This document shows, in pieces, positions 56,556 through 64,000 of a DNA stretch of 64,000 nt. The stretch comes from Candidatus Bathyarchaeota archaeon (GTDB taxonomy: Archaea; Thermoproteota; Bathyarchaeia; 40CM-2-53-6; JALHTG01): NCBI GenBank assembly GCA_022865705.1, contig JALHTG010000042.1, positions 15,324 through 79,323 on the forward strand, read 5' to 3'. Within the stretch, counting starts at the first letter, position 1. Every line of letters begins with the position of its first letter. The notes under the pieces are model-generated. The model saw only the letters and a program-made list of their open reading frames with translations, searched no databases and had not been told where the DNA came from. A program made the position numbers and the translations under genes.

Positions 56556-58415
56556 ATGACAAGAGGATATGCAGGGAAATTCCTTGAAGTAGACCTAACC
56601 AAGGAAAAAGTCAAAGACATCACCTTCAACGAAGATATTTTGCAGGCCTACTTCGGAGGCCGAGGCCTCGCGGCCAAGATACTCTGGGACAGGCTAGGCG
56701 AGAAATGGCCGAAGGTTGACCCTCTCGGGCCTGAAAACATATTCATCGCCCTCACAGGCCCTATGACAGCCATATACCCTGGCGCCAGGATCTGCTGCTC
56801 AGGAAAGTCACCTCTAAGCAACGGCACCGTAGGATCAACCGCCAGTACGGAATTCGCCTCCGAGCTGAAGATGGCGGGCTATGACGGCGTCATCGTGACC
56901 GGCAAGGCCAACGGCCCGGTCTACATCCTTGTAACAGACGAGGGAGGAGAGATCAGGAACGCCAATCACCTGTGGGGGAAGCTTGGCGAAGACACCATCA
57001 AGATCCTGAACAGAGAAGTCACGGAAGAGCTGACCAAACGAAAACCCAACATCGGCCTCTGGCGAGAACCAGGCATGATATACATCGGACCCGCCGGCGA
57101 GAACATGGTCAGAACAGCGGCCGTCATGACCAAGATCTGCCACGCCGCAGGCTACGGAGGCTATGGCGCCGTTATGGGCTCTAAGAACTTGAAGGCTATC
57201 GTGGCGAAAGGCCGCGGCCAACTGCCGGAAGTGGATGCTCCTGAGGCGGTGAAGCTCATGTGGAAGGAAGTCCACAACCATCTAATTGCTGAGAACGGCT
57301 TTCGGCGAATGGGAACGGGTTATGCAGGCTATTCTGTTGGCGCTGACACGAGCTCAGAACCGATCAGAAACTGGCAAGAAGAGTGGCATGACGAAAGACG
57401 ATACGGGGGACCAATGTTCGAAACCCGCTACTGGGTCAAGAAACTCTGGGCAGATTTCAACTGCACTACCAGCTGCATGAAGCTTAGCTGCATCAAGACT
57501 GGTCGATGGAAAGGAGACATCACTGATATGCCTGACTACGAGCTCCAGGCTTACTGTGGAACGAACCTCGGGATTTTCGATCCAGGAGACAACATCCACA
57601 TGAGCGCTCTAATCGATAACCTTGGCCATTCTGGCATCAACGGCCCAAACACTATGGGATTTGCAGCTGAACTCTACCAAAGAGGGATCCTCACAAAAGA
57701 GGACTTAGGCTTTGAACTCAAATGGGGTGACGCTGAAGCCTTCGATAAACTGGCTTGGCTCATCGCCAAGAGGGAGAAGATTGGCGACATCCTCGCGGAA
57801 GGCACACTCCGAGCAGCCAAGAAGATCAGCAAGATGAAAGGCGTGGACGTCACGCCCTACGCTGTTCATGTGAAAGGCATTGAGATAGGTGCTCACGGCA
57901 CCAGAAGCGACGCAGACTACACCCACGACATCAGCTACGCTGCAAGCGTCCAAGGCGGAGACCATACTTCAGTCGCTTCGGACGGCTACTCCGAAATGTC
58001 TTCCGCAGTCTTCACGGACTCTGCAGTAATCTGCAACTTCTGCTTCTTCTGGGTTCCCCGATCACTGGTCTTCGACTTCGCTAAAGGCGTGACAGGCTTT
58101 CCCATAACCCAGGAAAGCTGGCAGAAAGAGAACGGCCCAAGGATCGTAACCCTACAGAGAGCCCTGCTTCTTCTGGGCGGACCCGACATCACTTGGCAGC
58201 CCGTTGAGGACGATGAGAACCCACCGAGATTCTACGAACCACTACCGTCAGGCCCTCACAAAGGCAAGACGACGAACAAAGAAACGGTGAACCAGAAGAG
58301 ACGTGCCTACTTCGAGACTCTTGGCTGGGACGAAAGAGGAATACCGAAGAAAGAAACGCTGGAGAGGCTTGGCCTCAGCGACTTGGAGTCAGCAATGAGA
58401 AAGCTTCGGAAGTAA
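56556..58415 (+). CDS. aor: aldehyde:ferredoxin oxidoreductase family tungstopterin enzyme
   Basis: 619 aa with an AOR N-domain (GYAGKFLEVDLTKEKV...YFGGRGLAAKILWD) and full-length family architecture. It starts 1 nt after the Fe-S subunit stop. Confidence 0.9.
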   Translation: MTRGYAGKFLEVDLTKEKVKDITFNEDILQAYFGGRGLAAKILWDRLGEKWPKVDPLGPENIFIALTGPMTAIYPGARICCSGKSPLSNGTVGSTASTEFASELKMAGYDGVIVTGKANGPVYILVTDEGGEIRNANHLWGKLGEDTIKILNREVTEELTKRKPNIGLWREPGMIYIGPAGENMVRTAAVMTKICHAAGYGGYGAVMGSKNLKAIVAKGRGQLPEVDAPEAVKLMWKEVHNHLIAENGFRRMGTGYAGYSVGADTSSEPIRNWQEEWHDERRYGGPMFETRYWVKKLWADFNCTTSCMKLSCIKTGRWKGDITDMPDYELQAYCGTNLGIFDPGDNIHMSALIDNLGHSGINGPNTMGFAAELYQRGILTKEDLGFELKWGDAEAFDKLAWLIAKREKIGDILAEGTLRAAKKISKMKGVDVTPYAVHVKGIEIGAHGTRSDADYTHDISYAASVQGGDHTSVASDGYSEMSSAVFTDSAVICNFCFFWVPRSLVFDFAKGVTGFPITQESWQKENGPRIVTLQRALLLLGGPDITWQPVEDDENPPRFYEPLPSGPHKGKTTNKETVNQKRRAYFETLGWDERGIPKKETLERLGLSDLESAMRKLRK

Positions 58416-58465
58416 CTACCCATTGCCCCTCATCGTCTATTCTCCATCTTCAGGTTGTTGCTAGA

Positions 58466-58744
58466 ATGAAGGTAAATGTCCGCATCTTCGGCGACTTGGC
58501 CACCACATTGGGCCGCAAGCACGTAGTAGAACTGGAGGAAGGATCCACCGTGACCACTTTGGCCAATAGAATAGCTGAGAAAGCCGAACCTAAGAGACAA
58601 GGCTACCTGGGCAACTACAAGGTGGGAGGAGAAGACCTCGCCATTCTGGTTAATGGCAAGAACATACATCTTCTCGGTGGAATAGGCACAGTCCTGCATG
58701 ATGGTGACGAAGTGGTGATTCTCCCTCCTGTAGCAGGAGGATAA
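58466..58744 (+). CDS. MoaD/ThiS-type ubiquitin-fold sulfur carrier (SAMP-like), C-terminal GG
   Basis: 92 aa, starting MKVNVRIFGDLA and ending DGDEVVILPPVAGG*. Confidence 0.75.
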   Translation: MKVNVRIFGDLATTLGRKHVVELEEGSTVTTLANRIAEKAEPKRQGYLGNYKVGGEDLAILVNGKNIHLLGGIGTVLHDGDEVVILPPVAGG

Positions 58745-58874
58745 CCCTGAACTCATCCAAGCAACTCGAGAAACTCTCTCCAGCTCATCTCTGATGCTCA
58801 TCCGTGTGTTCACTGAAAAAGCCGTTTACGAGAACGGATGAGGCCTCAATTGATTTCATGAACCGCATCTGGAG

Positions 58875-59759
58875 TCATTTCGCGGGCGCTCTTGAGTGCG
58901 TACCTTCAGGTTGTAGAGTGAGTTCTTTCAACACTCTCGGAAACGGAAGCTCTCTTCCTGTCTTGCGTTGCATGGTGAGGCTTATGGTGGTGTACAGAAG
59001 GCCTAGGGACAGTTTGAGAGGGTTGAACGTGGTCCTCCCGTGCAATCTTGGGTGAAGTCTGACTTCCACATCGCAGGACACCTTTTGGCCATACCCTTTT
59101 ACTACAACATTGTTCATCCATCGTACGTCTATGTCAAGGCCTTGGACGTCTCTTGGAATTGTGTCCAGAAGAGCCTCCTTTGTCCCTGCCTTGAAACCGG
59201 TCTGGACGTATTCCACGCCCAGCAGTGTTCTTGTCAGTTTCTTGAAAGTCTCAGAGATGATTCGACGCTGAAGGTTCGCCCACCCATGGTTCCTCGCTAT
59301 GGCGATAGAGTATCCTTCATCTACTATTGGCCGCACTAACCTCGGTATTTCTGCCGGATCGTATTGACCATCAGAATCCATGACCACAACTACGTTACCT
59401 CTTGCCAGTTCCACTCCCCTTCTTATCGCGCTTCCCCTGGATCCTTCGGAATACGTGATTCTGAGAAATTCATACCCGGGCCGTTTCGAAATATCTTCTA
59501 GAACCTTCTCAGTGCCATCAGCCGTATTGTTGAGGACGAATATTGCTTCAGTCAATTGGGGATAGCTCTGGCTAAGGCCATACAGCTTCTGGCAGAGTTC
59601 CTCAGCGTTCTGCTCCTCATTCATGGTCGGAAGAACGACGGATATCTCACAGGCCTGGTCAGTGTGGCAAAATGCAGATAGATGCGCCACATTCTTCTGC
59701 GGAGAAAAGATCTGAGCCTCTGTCAGTTGTTTTCTTTCAACTGAAGCCTCGGCTGTCAT
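58875..59759 (-). CDS. family 2 glycosyltransferase (dolichyl-phosphate sugar synthase-like)
   Basis: 294 aa. Motifs: ISVVLPTMNEEQN and VVVMDSDGQYDP. Confidence 0.8.
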   Translation of the reverse strand: MTAEASVERKQLTEAQIFSPQKNVAHLSAFCHTDQACEISVVLPTMNEEQNAEELCQKLYGLSQSYPQLTEAIFVLNNTADGTEKVLEDISKRPGYEFLRITYSEGSRGSAIRRGVELARGNVVVVMDSDGQYDPAEIPRLVRPIVDEGYSIAIARNHGWANLQRRIISETFKKLTRTLLGVEYVQTGFKAGTKEALLDTIPRDVQGLDIDVRWMNNVVVKGYGQKVSCDVEVRLHPRLHGRTTFNPLKLSLGLLYTTISLTMQRKTGRELPFPRVLKELTLQPEGTHSRAPAK

Positions 59760-60031
59760 TGAGAATACATTCCTATGGCTGAGGCGGAGTCATAACATAC
59801 CTATCTCATTGTTTATAGCTCTTGCCACTAGGAATTGTCAACGAGGCAAAAGTGCGTTGGACAGTCACCTTGGCCGGCAATATTTGGAATAGCACGCTGG
59901 GGTGATCCGAAATCCAAGCTCCTGTGTCAAGAACCGGCTTCCCAGAAGTCAACCCGCGAGAGAGAGTCTAAACAAGACCATGTGAACCATGATAATCTCA
60001 GACCATGCGGCGCGCTGGAGGGCTTGGGTGT

Positions 60032-60970
60032 ATGAAACTCATATTCACATCGCTTAAAGGCACGCGTACCAAACGATTCTTGTGCCTGCTTGTCTTCGCC
60101 TCAATTCTCTTGGGCTTAGGTGCGATGTTGCTGTGGCCTCTACCTCAGCCTGCCCCATCTCCACATGTGACCTTTGACGGAGGAAAAGCGTATGGCCACG
60201 TGATAGCCCAAATGGCCTTTGGACCGCGAATCACTGGTACGGACGGCAACAGGAAAGCGGGCGACTATATCGCAGAGCAGCTCACGCAAGCCCAGTGGTC
60301 TATCGAATTTCAGGATTTCACGTATCGAGATACTCCTGCCCGTAATGTGATTGGCCGAGCGAACCTTGGAAGAGGTCCTATCATCATTCTAGGTGCGCAC
60401 TATGATACTCGTCGCTGGGCCGACAATGATGTGAATCATCCTCGTGATCCCGTACCCGGAGCGAATGATGGCGCGTCCGGCGTAGCTATTCTACTTGAGC
60501 TAGCAAGGACTCTCGATCTGCACCGAGTCCATTATGAGATCTGGCTGGTGTTCTTTGACGCTGAGGACAGCGGTGGTATTGACGACTGGGATTGGATCGT
60601 AGGTTCAACTCACATGGCTAGGAACCTGTTGGTTCAACCACAAGCTATGATTTTGGTTGATATGGTTGGCGACATTGATCAACGCATATATTTCGATGGT
60701 AATTCCGACGGCACCCTTTCCCAGAGGATATGGTCGATCGCTGCTAATCTTGGATATGGCAATCACTTCTTGCCACAGGTGCGCTGGCATGTGATAGATG
60801 ATCATATCCCCTTCATTCAACGAGGCATTCCGGCGATCGACATCATAGACTTCGACTACGCTTATTGGCACACTACCGCAGACACCGCCGATAAGGTGAG
60901 TCCTGACAGCCTGAAACGAGTGGGTCGCACTCTACAACTATTTCTCGAGACGACGGAGCAACTGATGTGA
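60032..60970 (+). CDS. M28 family peptidase (glutaminyl-cyclase-like), membrane/signal anchored
   Basis: The likely start is ATG 60032 (MKLIFTSL...LLGLGAMLLW). Motifs: ILGAHYDT, GANDGASGVA, FFDAEDSG and WHTTADT. Confidence 0.75.
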   Translation: MKLIFTSLKGTRTKRFLCLLVFASILLGLGAMLLWPLPQPAPSPHVTFDGGKAYGHVIAQMAFGPRITGTDGNRKAGDYIAEQLTQAQWSIEFQDFTYRDTPARNVIGRANLGRGPIIILGAHYDTRRWADNDVNHPRDPVPGANDGASGVAILLELARTLDLHRVHYEIWLVFFDAEDSGGIDDWDWIVGSTHMARNLLVQPQAMILVDMVGDIDQRIYFDGNSDGTLSQRIWSIAANLGYGNHFLPQVRWHVIDDHIPFIQRGIPAIDIIDFDYAYWHTTADTADKVSPDSLKRVGRTLQLFLETTEQLM

Positions 60971-61029
60971 ACGCACGCACTGAGAGGAAAGGATCTCGAC
61001 TTCTGCTCCTTGAATTCGATTAGACCTTC

Positions 61030-61632
61030 CTATGCTGGCCTGTCGAAGTAGATGGATTTTCCTTTAGCCGAAATCGGTATCCCCATAACTACGCTCGATT
61101 TCTTAGCCAACCCCAACCTCATGGCAGCTGTTCCAATACGGTACATAATCCTGTTGTCAGCATTATGATCCATGGCGATCTTGGCAGCGGATCCTAGCGC
61201 CACACCCAAGTCTATGGATTTGAATACGCAATTCGGGCCTGTGTAATCCTGTCCCTTGCCCCGTACTGCAGCCTCAAACTCTTTACAGGTTTTGAAGCCA
61301 CATCCTCCACAATTTATGCCAAAGCTCTTTGTTCCCTCAACGCCTATCAGAACAACTGCAACCGAGTCCCGCACGTTCTTGCCGTCTCGCGAGAACCCTT
61401 TCGAGTTTCGCTCTCCAGCCATCTTCTCCATCTCATCTGCTATCTGATCCTTCTCCTTGCCAAAGACTAACAGAGTCGCCACGTCGTCTCTTCCACCAGA
61501 CTTGGGAGCAGTTCTAGCCGAAACCATCATCAGCCTAGCAACATTCAACAAGCCTTCATTCTCAGATGCCACACTATCAACAACAGGCATGGCTTCAATC
61601 ACTTCTGGATATTGAGTACAATCAGTTGCCAA
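61030..61632 (-). CDS. DUF2148 ferredoxin-domain protein
   Basis: 200 aa. Motifs: ARTAPKSGGRD and NCGGCGFKTCKEF. TTG 61632 start, or the internal ATG (MPVVD...). Confidence 0.65.
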   Translation of the reverse strand: MATDCTQYPEVIEAMPVVDSVASENEGLLNVARLMMVSARTAPKSGGRDDVATLLVFGKEKDQIADEMEKMAGERNSKGFSRDGKNVRDSVAVVLIGVEGTKSFGINCGGCGFKTCKEFEAAVRGKGQDYTGPNCVFKSIDLGVALGSAAKIAMDHNADNRIMYRIGTAAMRLGLAKKSSVVMGIPISAKGKSIYFDRPA

Positions 61633-61748
61633 GCCACATTTATCAAGTTAAGCACGGTGAGAGCTCAAGTGATCCAAGAGGCCGCCTGCTGTCTCAATGT
61701 CAATAGCTTTTACACAGTAGATCCTAATTCCTGCATTGGGTTGACGAA

Positions 61749-62303
61749 TTGAACGTTGTAGCTATTCAATCAAGCCCGAACCTAGAAGGCCTAACATCAA
61801 GTCTCGCTCAAGCCGTTATCAAAGGCGTTAAGGCAGAAGGTGGAAAGGCCGAACTCATTCACCTGAACAAGCTGAACATAAAGCCATGCATCGCCTGCGA
61901 CGGCGGATGGGGCAAATGCAGAACGGAAGGCATCTGCATCCTTGAGGACGATTTTGATGCTCTAAGGAAGAAGATAGTTGAAGCAGATGCTCTGGTTTTT
62001 GCGACCCCGGTCTACTGGCATGACCTAAGTGAATCCGCGAAGATGTTCCTCGATCGCTTACGAAGATGCGAAACGTTCAGCAGCTTCAAGACCTTCAAAG
62101 GCAAGAAAGCAATAGGAATCGCCTCGGCCGGTGGAACTGGAAGAGGCGCTGTTCGAGCACTCTACAATCTTGAGGATTATCTTAGAAGGCTTGAGTTTGA
62201 GATCTTCGACTTAGTCACTGTCACCCAATCCTCAAAGGATCACAAGCTAGAGATGCTGGAGAAAGCGGGCAGATACTTGGTCAAGAAAGAACACAAACGC
62301 TAG
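61749..62303 (+). CDS. flavodoxin-like NADPH-dependent FMN reductase / iron-sulfur flavoprotein family
   Basis: 184 aa. Motifs: VVAIQSSPNLEGLTS, CIAC and ADALVFATPVYWHDLS. TTG start. Confidence 0.7.
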   Translation: MNVVAIQSSPNLEGLTSSLAQAVIKGVKAEGGKAELIHLNKLNIKPCIACDGGWGKCRTEGICILEDDFDALRKKIVEADALVFATPVYWHDLSESAKMFLDRLRRCETFSSFKTFKGKKAIGIASAGGTGRGAVRALYNLEDYLRRLEFEIFDLVTVTQSSKDHKLEMLEKAGRYLVKKEHKR

Positions 62304-62322
62304 GAGCCGCACCATCATGAGA

Positions 62323-63426
62323 TCAGAATGGTGCTGGTAGACGAAGTTCCTTAGCTATGTTTTGTAGATCAAGAACCACCTTAGGATTCAGCGGGATACC
62401 TTTTCTCCGTCTTTGCTCTGCTGTTTCAAATTCTTTCTCGCCGTGAATGTAGATACGACTGGCTCCTTTCATCTTGGAGGAGTCTCTCAGGCGACGAATG
62501 AGATCGTCCATGCCGGCTTTGAATTCCGACAACGGTCGAAAGCCATCCACCCTAAAGGCTCCGAAGAAGTGCCCAAGATTGGAAGGAAGAGGACGGCCGG
62601 TTTTATCCACTGGGTCGGTCAGAGCCAAATATGCTGCGCCGGAAAGCATGCCGCTGAAAATATCCACGGCGACAGCCAACCCATATCCCTTGTGACCACC
62701 CATTTCCTCTCCCAAGCCGCCCAGAGGCAGAAGCCCGCCTCCTCTCCGCTCTATCACGTTTTTGAGCGCGCGCGACGTATCAGTCGTCAGTTGGCCTTTC
62801 TCGTCTGTCGCCCATCCTAATGGGATTGGTTTCCCCAAACGCTCGTATACCTCCAGTTTCCCCTGCGGAACAATGCTAGTTGCCATATCGAGAACGAATG
62901 GGCGCTCCTGGCCGGCAGGAACTGCGATACTGATGGGGTTGGTGCCTAACATAGGGTCGCGGCCAAGGGTCGGCAAGACAATCGCTTTGGCATTGGTTGA
63001 AGAAATTCCAATCATATCATGCTTCAAAGCCATCATGGCATAGTAGCCTGCCATACCGTAATGAGTAGAGTTGCGGACCGCAACAAATCCGACATAGTGT
63101 TTCCTGGCCTTCGCGATAGCCAGTTCCATTGCTCGATGGGCGACCACTAATCCGAGTCCGGCTCCACCATCCATGACAGCTGTCGTGGGAGTTTCATGAA
63201 CGATCTGTGTCTCAAAGCGAGCGGGCACCATTCCCTGCTTCAAGTACTTGACATAGTACCTGGACAGACGCGCTACGCCGTGAGAGTCTACTCCACGAAG
63301 ATCAGCTGAAACCAAGACGTCGCTTGCGATCTGGGCGTCACTAGGGGCAACGCCTAGCTTTTCGAACACTTGAATGCAGAAACTCTTCAACCTGTTAGCA
63401 TCGACTATCTGTGCTGGTTTCCCCAT
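62323..63426 (-). CDS. Ldh_2 family (malate/L-lactate/sulfolactate dehydrogenase type 2) oxidoreductase
   Basis: 367 aa. Motifs: SADLRGVDSHGVARL and GGHKGYGLA. Confidence 0.8.
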   Translation of the reverse strand: MGKPAQIVDANRLKSFCIQVFEKLGVAPSDAQIASDVLVSADLRGVDSHGVARLSRYYVKYLKQGMVPARFETQIVHETPTTAVMDGGAGLGLVVAHRAMELAIAKARKHYVGFVAVRNSTHYGMAGYYAMMALKHDMIGISSTNAKAIVLPTLGRDPMLGTNPISIAVPAGQERPFVLDMATSIVPQGKLEVYERLGKPIPLGWATDEKGQLTTDTSRALKNVIERRGGGLLPLGGLGEEMGGHKGYGLAVAVDIFSGMLSGAAYLALTDPVDKTGRPLPSNLGHFFGAFRVDGFRPLSEFKAGMDDLIRRLRDSSKMKGASRIYIHGEKEFETAEQRRRKGIPLNPKVVLDLQNIAKELRLPAPF

Positions 63427-63488
63427 ATCCCAGACTACCAGTCCCTTTCTACCGTGTTTCCCTTCTCATATCTGCTTTCATTTCCCGC

Positions 63489-63513
63489 ATACTTCAAGTG
63501 AGCCTTGAAGTAT
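63489..63513. promoter_or_regulatory. perfect 10-bp inverted repeat in the divergent Ldh_2 / argC intergenic region
   Basis: ATACTTCAAG-TGAGC-CTTGAAGTAT; I checked all 10 arm positions for complementarity. It lies 54 nt upstream of the argC ATG and 63 nt from the Ldh_2 start. Confidence 0.5.
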
Positions 63514-63566
63514 TCGCGGAAGGCCTTAAGCGCAACCCCATGTCTTTGGATAGAGGCTGATGGCTA

Positions 63567-64000
63567 ATGGCTGATCGGATAAGAACAGGCATAGTCGGAG
63601 CCACAGGCTACAGTGGCGTCGCTCTCCTCGAAGTCCTTGTCAGACATCCACATGTGGAACTCCAGTTTGCTACGACACGACAGCCGGACTTGGCGGGAGA
63701 ATATGTCCACCGGGAGCATCCAAACCTTCTCGGTCTTACTGATCTGAAGTTTAGCCTGTATGAGCCGTCTAGCAGCGCCTTTGCCAAGACGAATGAAATC
63801 ATTCTGAAACAAGCACAAGCCTGTGACGTAACGTTCGTATGCGTTCCCTCTGGAGCCAGCGTTAACATCGCGAAGGATCTCATGGGCCACAACACAAGAA
63901 TCATCGACACGAGCGCCGACTTTCGCCTTAGAGATCCCGCTCGGTACAAGGAGTTCTATGGTCTAGATCACCCCTTTCCCCATCTTCTGAAGGAATACGT
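63567..64000 (+). CDS. argC: N-acetyl-gamma-glutamyl-phosphate reductase (ArgC/LysY type), N-terminal part; runs off the right edge
   Basis: Not in the track because there is no stop in the window. My translation is MADRIRTGIVGATGYSGVALLEVLVRHPHVELQFATTRQ...FVCVPSGASVNIAKDL...IIDTSADFRLRDPARYKEFYGLDHPFPHLLKEY. Confidence 0.8.
   Translation, partial: MADRIRTGIVGATGYSGVALLEVLVRHPHVELQFATTRQPDLAGEYVHREHPNLLGLTDLKFSLYEPSSSAFAKTNEIILKQAQACDVTFVCVPSGASVNIAKDLMGHNTRIIDTSADFRLRDPARYKEFYGLDHPFPHLLKEY

Noticed and set aside
1-64000. Mobile elements, prophage, defence islands and toxin-antitoxin pairs.
   Set aside because: I recognised no integrase, transposase, recombinase, reverse transcriptase, Cas, restriction-modification or toxin-like ORF. 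There are no terminal repeats and no obvious compositional break.

Overview
This is a 64-kb chromosomal segment from an archaeon. The archaeal markers are FEN-1, Alba, ribosomal protein L40e, aEF-1beta with its Zn-ribbon neighbour, Cdc48/VCP, Trm5, archaeal RNase J and geranylgeranyl reductase. A/T-box promoters and many TTG/GTG starts fit the same picture. I support about 69 protein-coding genes at high coding density. I found no rRNA, tRNA, CRISPR array, integrase or transposase. The dominant feature is the complete de novo IMP pathway at 4.7-19.2 kb. It is written as two tail-to-tail operons: purF-purD-purN'-purN-folD on plus, and purE-purC-purB-purH(IMPCH)-purH(AICARFT)-purM-purS-purL-purQ on minus. 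All of these enzymes are folate-type, 'bacterial-style' enzymes. Three oddities sit inside the cluster: an in-frame TGA splitting purQ, a purH split at the domain linker with a TAATG overlap, and two tandem PurN paralogs. The rest of the window is housekeeping (aspS, sucCD, pcm, trm5, argC, aspartokinase) plus a marked peptide-catabolic content. That content comprises an Opp/Dpp-type ABC transporter, PepT, several M20 enzymes, M14, M28 and M29 peptidases, and a tungsten-type aldehyde:ferredoxin oxidoreductase module. Candidates for a second look are: an ArsR-like/Cdc48/two-small-protein operon with paired palindromic operators around a TATA box; two Thr-rich surface proteins, one with a CFI-box-like C-terminus next to LemA-DUF2207; an AOR Fe-S subunit whose first cluster motif lies upstream of any in-frame canonical start; and several perfect inverted repeats in promoter regions. 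I saw no clear-cut novel multi-gene 'system' such as a defence island. All function calls rest on motif recognition by eye and need database confirmation.
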